This document shows, in pieces, positions 11,778 to 25,319 of a stretch of 64,000 nt of DNA (positions within the stretch are counted from its first letter, which is position 1; every line of letters begins with the position of its first letter). This stretch comes from Eledone cirrhosa (taxonomy: Eukaryota): positions 9,362,001-9,426,000 of the forward strand of contig OZ024759.1 of NCBI GenBank assembly GCA_964016885.1. The letters are read 5' to 3'. The notes under the pieces are model-generated. The model worked only from the letters and a program-made list of their open reading frames with translations. It did no database searches and was not told where the DNA came from. A program made the translations under genes and the position numbers.

Positions 11778-11804
11778 TATATATAAATATATATATATAT
11801 ATAT

Positions 11805-12248
11805 GCAAAAGTTTTATTTAAGATTGTTGGGTTACAACGAGTAAATATTTTATAACTGATATAAAAGCACTCGACAGTTTCTGGAGTAGGTTTACGATAT
11901 TAAACAAATGGAAACTATATTTATAAAACCATATTTATTTCGTTATATATATTTCTGGGATATCATATTAAAAATATGTTATGCCTTGCTCAGACAAAAT
12001 ACAATACATAAGCTGTTTTATAAATAATTAGTGACATACCTTTTGAGAATGCAACTTCCTTTTAAAAAATCAACTTTTTTAAAAGGAAGTTGCATTCTCA
12101 AAAGGTATGTCACTAATTATTTATAAAACAGCTTATGTATTGTATTTTGTCTGAGAAAGGCATACCATATTTTTAATATGATATCCCAGAAATATATATA
12201 ACGAAATAAATATGGTTTTATAAATATAGTTTCCATTTGTTTAATATC

Positions 12249-12250
<2 letters not shown>
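11805..12250. mobile_element. Fold-back element family D, opposite orientation, with mutated hammerhead cores
   Basis: About 175-bp inverted arms 11893-12069 / 12075-12250; cores read CUGAGAA and CUGAGCA; flanked by (TA)n. Confidence 0.85.
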
Positions 12251-12290
<40 letters not shown>

Positions 12291-12416
12291 CCGACTTTTC
12301 AAAGATTATGCTGTCTTTCACTATTTAGTTCAATATTTTATGTTCTGAGATCAAATCCTCTCAAAACCAGGCAGACACGGAGACAGTAACACTGGACGAT
12401 GTTGATGATGATGATT

Positions 12417-12868
12417 ACCATCACCACTACTACCACCAACACCACCACCACCACCGGCACCACCACCACCATCACTACCACCGGCACCACCATCACCACC
12501 ACCACCAGCATCACCCACCACCACCACCATCACCATCACCACCCACCACTGCCACCACCATCACCATCATCACCACCACCACCACCACCACCACCACCAC
12601 CACCACCATCACCACCACCACCACCACTAGCACCATCACCACCACCACCACTAGCACCATCACCCACCACTACCACCACCATCACCATCACCACCACCAC
12701 TAGCACCATCACCACCACCACCACTAGCACCATCACCACCACCACCACCACCACTAGCACCATCACCCACCACTATCACCACCATCACCATCACCACCAC
12801 CACTAGCACCATCACCACCACCACCACTATCACCACCACCACCACTACCCACCACCACCACCACCACC
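12417..12868. repeat. (CAC/CAT)n degenerate microsatellite
   Basis: Direct inspection. Confidence 0.95.
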
Positions 12869-13001
12869 TCCAGGCAGTATCAACTAAGAGTGGTATTTAT
12901 TTTGTTTCCCTCTACTGAGATCAATAAAACAACAGTTAAGTGGTTGATTGATTTCACAGAACTGTAGTCAAGTTTATTTTATTGATGATGGACACAGTTG
13001 T

Positions 13002-13810
13002 ACACCACCAACATCACCACTAACATCACCACCACCACCATCACCATCACCACCATCACCACTAACACTAACACCAACACCATCACCACCATCACCACCA
13101 CTAACACCACCAACACCATCACCACCATCACCATCACCACCATCACCACTAACACCAACACCATCACCACCATCACCATCACCACCACCAACACCATCAC
13201 CACCATCACCACTAACACCAACACCATCACCACCATCACCACCACCACCACCAACACCATCACCACCATCACCACCACCATCACCACCATCACCACTAAC
13301 ACCACCACCACCACGACCATCACCACCAACACCATCACCACCACCACCACCATCACCATCACCATCACCAACACCACTAACACCAACACCACCACTAACA
13401 TCACCACCATCACCACCACCACCAACACCATCACCACCATTACCACCAACATCACCACCACCACCATCACCACCACCACCACCAACACCATCACCACCAC
13501 CACTAACACCACCAACACCATCACCACCATTACCACCAACATCACCACCAACACCATCACCACTAACATCACCACCATCACCACCAACACCATCACCCCA
13601 CCACTAACACCACCACCACCAGCAACACCACTAATACCAACACCACCACTAACATCACCACCATCACCACCACCACCAACACCATCACCACCATTACCAC
13701 CAACATCACCACCACGACCATCACCACCAACACCATCACCATCACCACCAACACCACCACCACCATCACCACCAACACCACCAGCAACACCACCACTAAC
13801 ACCACCACCA
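13002..13810. repeat. (CAC/CAT/AAC)n degenerate microsatellite
   Basis: Direct inspection. Confidence 0.95.
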
Positions 13811-13829
13811 AACACAATTGATCTCTCAA

Positions 13830-15300
13830 TTCAGAGAAGAAACGGCTCTCCCTGGAGTGACACACTTAAATAAGTAATGTTACTCCAAAGACACTCCGCA
13901 GAAACCTTATTTCAGCCGCTTGTATTCACAATTGTATTCTTTCGGCCATTACCCAAGATTCATGACCATAGGTAAGGGTTGGCATGAAAACCGAATTGAA
14001 GACAGCGAGTTTGACTTTTACACCTACCTCCCTTCTTCTGATTACTGAATGCTGAAGCTGGTGCATTACTGCACCAGCTCCTGCAATTCTTGCACTTAAT
14101 TCAGCCTCCTGCCTTCCATTACTCGTGAACACAGCCCCGAGGTTCTTGAACTTCTCTACCTACTTCAGTGGAACTCCATTCACATGTAGAGTGCACTGTA
14201 CTGGCTTCCATGAGAGGAAAAGTGTCTCAGTTTTCACATCACTGATTTTCATTCCAGCCATGCAGCACTCAGCATCAAACCTATAAAGTGCAAGTCAAAG
14301 ATCAACTTCTGTTGAGTTGAGTAACACCATGTCGTCTGCAAATTCCAGGCAACTGATTCTACACCTGCCAGTCATGACACCACTTCCAACCCGGCTGTGT
14401 ATTCTAGTCAGGCTGTGTCAATCCTGTTCATGTAAATAATTGTTTCTACTTTAGGCACAAGGCCAGCAATTACCCAGTGCATTACTGGTACTTTATTTTA
14501 TCGACCTCGTAAGGATGAAAGGCAAAGTTAACCTCGGCGGGATTTGAACTCAGATCATAAAGGGACGTAACTCTATGCTTCAAAGCATGGTGTCCGACTG
14601 CCAATCTCCTGCCTTATTCATGTAAATAATTGTTTCTACTTTAGGCACAAGGCCAACAATTATCCAGTACGAACAGGAGAGGTGACAGTATGCACCCTTT
14701 GTGGAGTCTGACTCCCACATTAAATGGTTTTGATTTAGCACTATTTATCTGAACACAAATACTTCGGCATTTGTATAAAGACATCAGGGCAGCAAGAAAC
14801 TGTCCATCGATCCCATACGCCTGTACAGCCTTCCACAGCAGGTCCCGAGGAATGCGGTCATATACCTTCTCAAGGTTAACAAAATAAGAATATACCTCTT
14901 GGCAATACTTCCATGATTTCTTGAATACCTGCCACAGTGAATATTTGGTCAGCTGTGCTGTGTCCGGGGTGAAAACCACACTGTTCATCAGCTAGCTTGG
15001 ACTCGACAACCTCCCTGCATCTCTCTACCTCGTGCACATCAAAAGATGCTGTTGTAATCGAGTTTAGGAGATCAGCAAAGTATTCTCTCCACCTTGCAAG
15101 GATGTACGTCTCTGAAGAGAGGAGAACCCCAGACGTGTTCTTGCTAGTAGTTGTGGAGGAGGACTGAAGTCCTCCCTTGTCTGTGGACAGCTGTACTGTC
15201 TCTGCTGTGATTCTTCCTGAACGTGACCCTTGTTAACCCATTTGGTATCCTCCTTCTTTGTTTTCCTTACCATATTGCAGTTTCAGTAGACACCAGTCAC
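13830..15300 (-). mobile_element. RTE LINE family 2, reverse transcriptase fragment, decayed
   Basis: FVNLEKVYDRIPR, VRLHKGCILSPLLF, EFADD, TLTYGHESW, upstream ILARWREYFADLLN; highly similar to 25800-26885 in inverted orientation. Confidence 0.85.
14437..14668 (-). mobile_element. SINE family A plus a second SINE A 3' stub inserted at the same LINE site
   Basis: Full SINE 14437-14612 and stub 14627-14668; ttcatgtaaat is duplicated. Confidence 0.8.
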
Positions 15301-15796
15301 CAATCTGGTATTTTGTCAAACCTGCGAAGACTAGGCTTTTTTAGAAGTGGCCTTAACTCAATTCATCGTAGCTATGTCACTGGGTTATGAGAGTTTTCTT
15401 GGGAGCTGCAGGTGTCACCCATTGCTCCTTCTCCCTTAGTAGTTTACCAGTGTTGGTCCGGGGTTGCTTATCTGTCCAGCAGTTGCTCGCTTATATCACA
15501 ACTAACCATCATATTTGATGGATGTATCGCTTTCCACCCCCTGCGACCCATCCTCAAGCAAACAGCTCTGCCCAGAACACACAACACACATATATATAAT
15601 TAATTAAAAAATATCAGTGTTGGCTAGGTTTGAAATTCTTATCTGGAATGCAGGAAATAATGTAACAGCAGTTGTTTGCTATGAATAATAAGTTATAAAA
15701 TTGGTTAAAATATTCCTATAGACAGAAGTAATGGCAGCTACTAGTCACTTTTTTGCTGTCTCTTGGCTTATTTACCTAATTTTATGAGCTATTATA

Positions 15797-16132
15797 TATC
15801 ATTATCATCATCATACGTCCGCTTTTCCCTGCTTGCAAGGGTGGGACGGGAACTGATTCTGGCTTGATTTCTACAGCTGGATGCCCTTCCTAACACCAAC
15901 CTCATTTACAGTGAGTGCTGGGTGCTTTTTTGCCGTGGCACCTCCACGACCACTTTGCAGTGGAATGATAAGGACCCCAGTCCCTATCATCTCATTTCTA
16001 CAGCTGAGTAAACTGGAGCAATGTGAAATAAAGTGTCTTGCTCAAGGAAACAACACATCACCCGGTCTGAGAATTGAACTCACAACCTTTCGATTGCAAG
16101 GCCAATGCTCTAACCACTAAGCCATGTGCCTC
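15797..16132 (-). mobile_element. SINE family B
   Basis: Near-identical to 6338-6690. Confidence 0.9.
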
Positions 16133-16150
16133 CCTTATATATATATATAT

Positions 16151-16325
16151 AATTGTTTCTACTATTGACACAAGGCCAGCAATTACTCAGTGTATTACTG
16201 GTACTTTATTTTATCAACCCCGTAAGGATGAAAGGCAAAGTTAACCTCGGCGGGATTTGAACTCAGAATGGCAAGGGCCGTAACTCTATGCATCAAAGCA
16301 TGGCGTCCGATACTGCCAATTCACC
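16151..16325 (-). mobile_element. SINE family A
   Basis: A/B boxes, family body and tail. Confidence 0.9.
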
Positions 16326-16335
16326 ATATGTATAT

Positions 16336-16585
16336 AATGGCTGACTGAATACACATGGGCTTTTTCTCAAAACAATTTTCCATTCCTTCCTCTTCTAACT
16401 CTCTAAATTTCTAATTCATCTTTTATTTCTCATTCTATCTTCTGATGAAGGAGTAGTGTCTGAAACTTAAATACTCTTTTCCTACTTTATCAAGAGTTAA
16501 ACTGATATATTTCTTCATTGTTGAAGAAACAGTGTTGTTTGCTTGTTATTTGCATTTACTTTTTGCATAAATATATTTATATTAT
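16336..16585 (+). mobile_element. Probable PLE-derived fragment with degenerate minimal hammerhead (16442-16470)
   Basis: CUGAUGA AGGAGUAGUGUCU GAAA CUUAA; helices weak. Confidence 0.4.
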
Positions 16586-16621
16586 AAAAAACTGGTATTA
16601 TGCCCAAAATATTCATCTCAT

Positions 16622-17160
16622 GGGAGGCCATAGTATCTAGAGTAAGGACGGGTTGGAAGAAGTTTAGGGAGCTGCTTCCTCTGTTGACAAAGAAGGGTTT
16701 CTCCCTGCATATGAAAGGACGGTTATATGATGCCTGTGTGAGATGCGCGATGCTGTATGGTAGTGAGACATGGGCAGCAACTGCAGAGGATATGCGATGG
16801 CAAGTATGCTCCGTTGGATGTGCAATGTCAATGTGCGTGAACGACCAAGCATAGACGAGTTGAGAAAGAAACTGGGTATAAGAGGGATAAGTTGTGGTGT
16901 GCAGGAGAGAAGGCTGAGATGGTATGGACATGTGATATGCATGGAGGATGACCGATGGGTGAAGAAGTGCCAGGAAATGCCAGGAGAAGGAAGACGCAGT
17001 AGAGGTAGACCACAGAAAACATGGGCAGAGATGGTGAAAGCAGACCTCAGATCGCTGAAACTCACCGGAAGGACTGTGACAAGTGGAGAGATGCTGTGCT
17101 GAATAGGACCTGTCCCACCCTTGCAAGCAGGGAAAAGTGGATGTAAAATGATGATGATGA
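16622..17160 (+). mobile_element. RTE LINE family 1, 3' fragment
   Basis: EAIVSRVRTGWKKFRELLP..; (GAT)n tail. Confidence 0.9.
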
Positions 17161-17174
17161 TATATATATTATAA

Positions 17175-17312
17175 AGAGTCTGGAACTAGCTGTTGAAACG
17201 GCAAGAGCTCAGCCGTTGGGGGTCCCAACTTATTATTACCCACTCTACTACCCGAAGTATCAAGTACTCTGGTGAGTAATGGCCTAACTAGTTTCAAACT
17301 GAATCCCTTCTG
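17175..17312 (+). mobile_element. Diverged family B element: hammerhead 3' half plus tail
   Basis: gaaacggcaagagctcagccgttgggg..attacccactctactacccgaagtatcaagtactctggtg. Confidence 0.7.
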
Positions 17313-17338
17313 ATTTATATATCTCTATATATACATAA

Positions 17339-17535
17339 AGTGGTCATGTGGGTGCCACAACAAAAAGCACCCAGTCCACACTGTAAATGTGGTTGGTATT
17401 AGGAAGGGCATCCAACTGTAGAAATCAATCCAGAATTAGTTCTGGCTTATCTCACAACAGGACAACTCGTCTAACCCATGCTAGTGTGGAAAAATGAACG
17501 TTAAATTGTGATGACGATGATGATGATGATGATGA
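17339..17535 (+). mobile_element. RTE family C-like 3' end
   Basis: aaaagcacccagtccacactgtaaa..aggaagggcatcca..aacccatgctagtgtggaa..gttaaa then (GAT)n. Confidence 0.75.
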
Positions 17536-17807
17536 TATATTTCTCAGTAATAGAAAGACGAATGGAAACGTTGATTGTTTGGTCCGATCAAACATTCAAC
17601 TGTAATATTGCAGCAAATGAAGGTCAGATCTTCAACAGTTGTCTCTCTACTGATAGCAGTAGGGGGTGGGGGCACGTGACTACAGTCAGGTTCCAGGTTC
17701 CATGTTAATCCCAGATTGACCTAATCTAGAACAGAGAGGGAGGGAGAGAGGACGAGGGAGTGTATACTACAGTACTGTACGATTGGAGAACAGACAGGCA
17801 GATTAGA

Positions 17808-20800
17808 TAGAGAGAGAGATAGTGAGAGATGGGGTGTGAGAGAGATAGTGAGAGATGGGGTGTGAGAGAGAGATAGTGAGAGATGGGGTGAGAGAGAGAG
17901 ATAGTGAGAGATGGGGTGTGAGAGAGAGATAGTGAGAGATGGGGTGTGAGAGAGAGATAGAGAGAGATGGGGTGTGAGAGAGAGATAGTGAGAGAGAGAT
18001 AGTGAGAGATGGGGTGTGAGAGAGAGATAGAGAGAGATGGGGTGTGAGAGAGAGATAGAGAGAGATGGGGTGTGAGAGAGAGATAGAGAGAGATGGGGTG
18101 TGAGAGAGAGATAGAGAGAGATGGGGTGTGAGAGAGATAGTGAGAGATGGGGTGTGAGAGAGAGATAGTGAGAGATGGGGTGAGAGAGAGATAGTGAGAG
18201 AGAGATAGTGAGAGATGGGGTGTGAGAGAGAGATAGTGAGAGATGGGGTGTGAGAGAGAGATAGTGAGAGATGGGGTGTGAGAGAGATAGTGAGAGATGG
18301 GGTGTGAGAGAGAGATAGTGAGAGATGGGGTGAGAGAGGGAGATAGTGAGAGATGGGGTGTGAGAGAGAGATAGAGAGAGATGGGGTGTGAGAGAGATAG
18401 TGAGAGATGGGGTGTGAGAGAGAGATAGTGAGAGATGGGGTGAGAGAGAGATAGTGAGAGATGGGGTGTGAGAGAGAGATAGTGAGAGATGGGGTGTGAG
18501 AGAGAGATAGTGAGAGATGGGGTGTGAGAGAGAGATAGAGAGAGATGGGGTGTGAGAGAGAGATAGTGAGAGATGGGGTGTGAGAGAGAGATAGTGAGAG
18601 ATGGGGTGAGAGAGAGATAGTGAGAGATGGGGTGAGAGAGAGATAGTGAGAGATGGGGTGAGAGAGAGATAGTGAGAGATGGGGTGTGAGAGAGAGATAG
18701 TGAGAGATGGGGTGAGAGAGAGATAGTGAGAGATGGGGTGTGAGAGAGAGATAGTGAGAGATGGGGTGAGAGAGAGATAGTGAGAGATGGGGTGAGAGAG
18801 AGATAGTGAGAGATGGGGTGTGAGAGAGAGATAGTGAGAGATGGGGTGTGAGAGAGAGATAGAGAGAGATGGGGTGTGAGAGAGATAGTGAGAGATGGGG
18901 TGTGAGAGAGAGATAGAGAGAGATGGGGTGTGAGAGAGAGATAGTGAGAGATGGGGTGTGAGAGAGAGATAGAGAGAGATGGGTGTGAGAGAGAGATAGT
19001 GAGAGATGGGGTGTGAGAGAGAGATAGAGAGAGATGGGGTGTGAGAGAGAGATAGTGAGAGATGGGGTGTGAGAGAGAGATAGTGAGAGATGGGGTGTGA
19101 GAGAGATAGTGAGAGATGGGGTGTGAGAGAGAGATAGTGAGAGAGAGAGATAGTGAGAGATGGGGTGTGAGAGAGAGATAGTGAGAGATGGGGTGAGAGA
19201 GAGATAGTGAGAGATGGGGTGAGAGAGAGATAGTGAGAGATGGGGTGTGAGAGAGAGATAGTGAGAGATGGTGTGTGAGAGAGAGATAGTGAGAGATGGG
19301 GTGAGAGAGAGATAGTGAGAGATGGGGTGAGAGAGAGATAGTGAGAGATGGGGTGTGAGAGAGATAGAGAGAGAGATAGTGAGAGATGGGGTGAGAGAGA
19401 GATAGTGAGAGATGGGGTGTGAGAGAGAGATAGTGAGAGATGGTGTGTGAGAGAGATAGAGAGAGAGATAGTGAGAGATGGGGTGTGAGAGAGATAGTGA
19501 GAGATGGGGTGTGAGAGAGAGATGTAGAGAGATGGGGTGTGAGAGAGAGATAGAGAGAGATGGGGTGTGAGAGAGAGATAGTGAGAGATGGGGTGAGAGA
19601 GAGATAGTGAGAGATGGGGTGTGAGAGAGAGATAGTGAGAGATGGGGTGTGAGAGAGATAGTGAGAGATGGGGTGTGAGAGAGAGATAGTGAGAGATGGG
19701 GTGTTAGAGAGAGATATTGAGAGATGGGGTGTGAGAGAGAGATAGTGAGAGATGGGGTGAGAGAGATAGTGAGAGATGGGGTGTGAGAGAGAGATAGTGA
19801 GAGAGATAGAGAGAGAGATAGTGAGAGATGGGGTGTGAGAGAGAGATAGGGAGAGATGGGGTGTGAGAGAGAGATAGTGAGAGATGGAGTGTGAGAGAGA
19901 GATAGTGAGAGATGGGGGGTGAGAGAGAGATAGTGAGAGATGGGGTGTGAGAGAGAGATAGTGAGAGATGGGGTGAGAGAGAGAGATAGTGAGAGATGGG
20001 GTGAGAGAGAGATAGTGAGAGATGGGGTGTGAGGGAGAGATAGTGAGAGATGGGGTGAGAGATAGATAGTGAGAGATGGGGTGTGAGAGAGAGATAGTGA
20101 GAGATGGGGTGAGAGAGAGATAGTGAGAGATGGGGTGTGAGAGAGAGATAGTGAGAGATGGGGTGAGAGAGAGATAGTGAGAGATGGGGTGTGAGAGAGA
20201 GATAGTGAGAGATGGGGTGTGAGAGAGAGATAGTGAGAGATGGGGTGTGAGAGAGAGATAGTGAGAGATGGGGTGAGAGAGAGATAGTGAGAGATGGGGT
20301 GAGAGAGAGATAGTGAGAGATGGGGTGTGAGAGAGAGATAGTGAGAGATGGGGTGAGAGAGAGATAGTGAGAGATGGGGTGTGAGAGAGAGATAGTGAGA
20401 GATGGGGTGTGAGAGAGATATAGTGAGAGATGGGGTGTGAGAGAGAGATAGTGAGAGATGGGGTGTGAGAGAGAGATAGTGAGAGATGGAGTGTGAGAGA
20501 GAGATAGTGAGAGATGGGGTGTGAGAGAGAGATAGTGAGAGATGGGGTGAGAGAGAGAGATAGTGAGAGATGGGGTGTGAGAGAGAGATAGTGAGAGATG
20601 GGGTGTGAGAGAGAGATAGAGAGAGATGGGGTGTGAGAGAGAGATAGTGAGAGATGGGGTGTGAGAGATGGGGTGTGAGAGAGAGATAGTGAGAGATGGG
20701 GTGTGAGAGAGAGATAGTGAGAGATGGGGTGTGAGAGATGGGGTGAGAGAGAGATAGTGAGAGATGGGGTGTGAGAGAGAGATAGTGAGAGATGGGGTGT

Positions 20801-22095
20801 GAGAGAGAGATAGTGAGAGATGGGGTGTGAGAGAGAGATAGTGAGAGATGGGGTGTGAGAGAGAGATAGAGAGAGATGGGGTGTGAGAGAGAGATAGTGA
20901 GAGATGGGGTGTGAGAGAGAGATAGTGAGAGATGGGGTGTGAGAGAGAGATAGTGAGAGATGGGGTGTGAGAGAGAGATAGAGAGAGATGGGGTGTGAGA
21001 GAGAGATAGTGAGAGATGGGGTGTGAGAGAGAGATAGAGAGAGATGGGGTGTGAGAGAGAGATAGTGAGAGATGGGGTGTGAGAGAGAGATAGTGAGAGA
21101 TGGGGTGTGAGAGAGAGATAGTGAGAGATGGGGTGTGAGAGAGAGATAGTGAGAGATGGGGTGTGAGAGAGAGATAGTGAGAGATGGGGTGTGAGAGAGA
21201 GATAGAGAGAGATGGGGTGTGAGAGAGAGATAGTGAGAGATGGGGTGTGAGAGAGAGATAGTGAGAGATGGGGTGTGAGAGAGAGATAGTGAGAGATGGA
21301 GTGTGAGAGAGAGATAGTGAGAGATGGGGTGTGAGAGAGAGATGTAGAGAGATGGGGTGTGAGAGAGAGATGTAGAGAGATGGGGTGTGAGAGAGATATA
21401 GTGAGAGATGGGGTGTGAGAGAGAGATAGTGAGAGATGGAGTGTGAGAGAGAGATAGTGAGAGATGGGGTGTGAGAGAGAGATAGTGAGAGATGGGGTGT
21501 GAGAGAGAGATAGAGAGAGATGGGGTGTGAGAGAGAGATAGAGAGAGATGGGGTGTGAGAGAGAGATAGAGAGAGATTGGGTGTGAGAGAGAGATAGTGA
21601 GAGATGGGGTGTGAGAGAGAGATAGTGAGAGATGGGGTGTGAGAGAGAGATAGTGAGAGATGGGGTGTGAGAGAGAGATAGTGAGAGATGGGGTGTGAGA
21701 GAGAGATAGTGAGAGATGGGGTGAGAGAGAGATAGTGAGAGATGGGGTGTGAGAGAGAGATAGTGAGAGATGGGGTGTGAGAGAGAGATAGTGAGAGATG
21801 GGGTGTGAGAGAGAGATGTAGAGAGATGGGGTGTGAGAGAGATATAGTGAGAGATGGAGTGTGAGAGAGAGATAGTGAGAGATGGGGTGTGAGAGAGAGA
21901 TAGTGAGAGATGGGGTGTGAGAGAGAGATAGAGAGAGATGGGGTGTGAGAGAGAGATAGAGAGAGATTGGGTGTGAGAGTGAGAGATGGGGTGTGAGAGA
22001 GAGATAGTGAGAGATGGGGTGTGAGAGAGAGATAGTGAGAGATGGGGTGTGAGAGAGAGATAGTGAGAGATGGAGTGTGAGAGAGAGATAGTGAA
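17808..22095. repeat. About 28-bp purine-rich minisatellite (gagagagagatagtgagagatggggtgt)n, about 4.3 kb
   Basis: Direct inspection; 26- and 28-bp variants. Confidence 0.95.
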
Positions 22096-22234
22096 AGCTG
22101 AGGTGGAAATACAGTGATTTTCTTAGTATTACATCAACACCACTACCAGCACCACCACCACCACACCACCACCACCATACAAACATATATACAGTTTACA
22201 TCATAGGCAAGACCCAACACGTTTCAAAACGTAA

Positions 22235-23172
22235 TCTATCTATATATATATATATAAAACTGTGGTTGTCTGTCTGTCTATCGATTTTTGGCACACATCT
22301 CCTCTTAGAATCTCTCACGGAATTGCACCGAAATTGCTATACTTGTACATTGAGCCCTAGCGAAGACATCGGAAGAAAAAAAAATTTCAAATTGACCCAC
22401 CCTATGTGACGAAATCGAATATAATGTATAGATTTTTGAGCGTAAGTTATCAGTTATTTCCCTTTGTTCTGTTTACATTGAGCGTCTTACGTAAAAAATT
22501 ACGCTGGCTTTCTCAGCGTTTCGAACAGTTGTCGAGCCAGCAAAATATTGACCTGCAAAATTCATCAGTTCGAACACTAAGCTTCCGTTTTGCTTCATTT
22601 CCATTTAAAAGCATTTTAAAACAATATTTTTACTTGAAAACAAGTCTATTTAAAGACTACGTAAAACAAGCAAATATTTCGTCGTTAGGCGTGCAGACAG
22701 ACAGTCGTGCAGACAGACAGGCGTGCAGAGAGGTGATATACGCGTGCAGACAGACAGTCGTGCAGAGAGGTGATATAGGCGTGCAGACAGACAGTTGTGC
22801 AGAGAGGTGATATAGGCGTGCAGACAGACAGTCGTGCAGAGAGGTGATATAGGCGTGCAGACAGACATAACTGATAATTTGGTTACGCTAATGTTTTTCT
22901 CTGCGTTGCAGTGTTTACATTTTCGATCTTTGTTAATAAATAACCAGTCCAGTTTCTATCCCCAGCATCCTCTTTTGTTATAACATTCGGGTTATCGTTA
23001 TGTTTTCTTAACTTCATAAGGCATATTGTTGGTTGAGGGAATATTAATCAAAAACACCACATGCAAGTCTGCACAGTAGACACTACAGTTTTTAAGCCAA
23101 GAAAGAAACTTAACATTGTAACTTTAACACAGCTACTGAGCGACCCCGAGCAACGCCGGGCTTTACTGCTAG
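22235..23172 (+). mobile_element. Complete non-autonomous Helitron
   Basis: A|TC 5' end (tctatctatatata..ctgtctgtct), 3' hairpin cccgagcaacgccggg and CTAG|T; internal 37-bp tandem repeat at about 22690-22868. Confidence 0.8.
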
Positions 23173-23634
23173 TACCAGTTAAAAGTATCAAGGCCACACA
23201 CACACATGTATATATATATATATATATACACACACACATATATATATAGACACACACACATACACACACATATATATATATATACATATATACACACACA
23301 CACATACACACACATATATATATATATACATATATACACACATATATATATATATATACACACATACACACACCCACATATATATACACATACACACACA
23401 TATATACACACACACACACACACATATATACATGCACACACACATATATATACACACATATACACTCACTCACACACACACACGCATATACACTCACACA
23501 CACTCACACACACACACATACACACTGTTCATCATGTGGTAAAATGTAATGTAGTCTAGTGGTTTCTGATTACTCAGTTATTACACTGTGGCCATGCTGC
23601 AGCACTTCCTTCAAGTCTGCTACTTTATCACCTG

Positions 23635-24327
23635 GTGGTGGTGTGACAGTTGTTAGTGTCACAATACTGGGGTGGTGTCACAGTTGTTTTTGTTACATAC
23701 AATACTGCGGTGGTGTGACTGTTGTTAGTGTCACAATACTGTGGTGGTGTCACAGTTATTAGTGTCACACTACTGGGGTGGTGTCACAGTTGTTACTGTC
23801 ACAATACTGTGGTGGTGTGACAGTTGTTTTTGTTACATACAATACTGTGGTGGTGTGACTGTTGTTAGTGTCACAATACTGTGGTGGTGTCACAGTTATT
23901 AGTGTCACACTACTGGGGTGGTGTCACAGTTGTTACTGTCACAATACTGTGGTGGTGTGACAGTTGTTTTTGTTACATACAATACTGTGGTGGTGTGACT
24001 GTTGTTAGTGTCACAATACTGTGGTGGTGTCACAGTTATTAGTGTCACACTACTGGGGTGGTGTCACAGTTGTTACTGTCACAATACTGTGGTGGTGTGA
24101 CAGTTGTTTTTGTTACATACAATACTGCGGTGGTGTGACTGTTGTTAGTGTCACAATACTGTGGTGGTGTCACAGTTATTAGTGTCACACTACTGGGGTG
24201 GTGTCACAGTTGTTACTGTCACAATACTGTGGTGGTGTGACAGTTGTTTTTGTTACATACAATACTGTGGTGGTGTGACTGTTGTTAGTGTCACAATACT
24301 GTGGTGGTGTCACAGTTATTAGTGTCA
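23635..24327. repeat. Minisatellite: 34/38-bp monomers in a 140-bp higher-order repeat (about 5 copies)
   Basis: tgttacatac recurs at 23691, 23831, 23971, 24111, 24251. Confidence 0.9.
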
Positions 24328-24421
24328 TAGTATGTGTGTGTGAAGGTGTGTGTTAAGGTGCCATCGTCATGTGTGTGGGTTAAGGTTTTGTCATCGTCAT
24401 CTGTGTGACATTTATAAAATA

Positions 24422-25222
24422 CTAGCAGTGGTACCCGGCGTTGCACGGGATAAGGTATTTTGGAATGCGGGCCGCCAACAGACCTAATCGTGGTAAAACT
24501 GCATGCCTGGACATCTCAAACACAAATTAACAAGTGAGTGAAAAAAAAACGGTTATGAAGAAAATCAGTCTCCAATCGTGGTACAATGGTAACATTCAGC
24601 TCCAGTCTCCAAGTACCATGGTGAAAATAGTGCGACAGTAACAATGGTCGTGCCTACAACCTTTCCAGACATTAAATGCCAACAGGCAATTACACAGCAA
24701 TAAAGAGTAGCACGGTGGTTAGAGTCTGGATTTTAGATATTTTGACTAATCACGTGAGTAAACCGGTCAATTTCCCAACTTGTACGATTCAATAGGTGAG
24801 TGAGAGAGGAAGATTGAACTTGTATTAGAGAGTATATTAAAACAAAACACAACAAAAAATGTGAAAAATTGTTCAACTTACTCTCATTGTTAATCTACTA
24901 GTCAGGAGAAAATAATTGTTTCTACTTTAGGCACAAGGCCAGCAATTACCCAGTACATTACAGGTACTTTATTTTATCGACCCCGTATGGATGAAAGGCA
25001 AAGTTAACCTCGGCGGGATTTGAACTCAGATCGTAAAGGGACGTAACTCTATGCTAGAAAGCATGTCCGACCCTCTACCGATATGTTAGGAGAAAATAAT
25101 AATAAGTTGACGGAACTAGCATGGGTTTCACTGCTAGGACCGGTTGCATCTCAGCGTACTCAATAGGTAATGTTAAGTAAACTCCCAGAGTGTGTGAATA
25201 TCATATATCTAATGATATATGA
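24422..25222 (-). mobile_element. Non-autonomous Helitron with the same 3' terminus as 11250-11777, carrying a SINE A
   Basis: ctagcagtggtacccggcgttgcacggg is the reverse complement of the 11777 terminus; 5' TC end at about 25222 is tentative. Confidence 0.65.
24913..25083 (-). mobile_element. SINE family A
   Basis: Family body and B box. Confidence 0.85.
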
Positions 25223-25319
25223 TATGTTTATTAAATTTGGAAAGCCTTCTAGCTATGAATAATAAAAGGCTGACAGCTAGCGCCGTCTAGTGGACTCCAG
25301 CTGAAGCAGTGGGAGACAA

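Noticed and set aside
12399-13873. Pro-rich or Thr-rich extensin/mucin-like ORFs (also 48295-49314 and 59208-59885)
   Set aside because: Trinucleotide microsatellites open in several frames on both strands
17726-22186. 1486-aa ORF rich in S/L/H/T/P
   Set aside because: Translation of the 28-bp minisatellite on a strand that lacks stops by composition; no domain content
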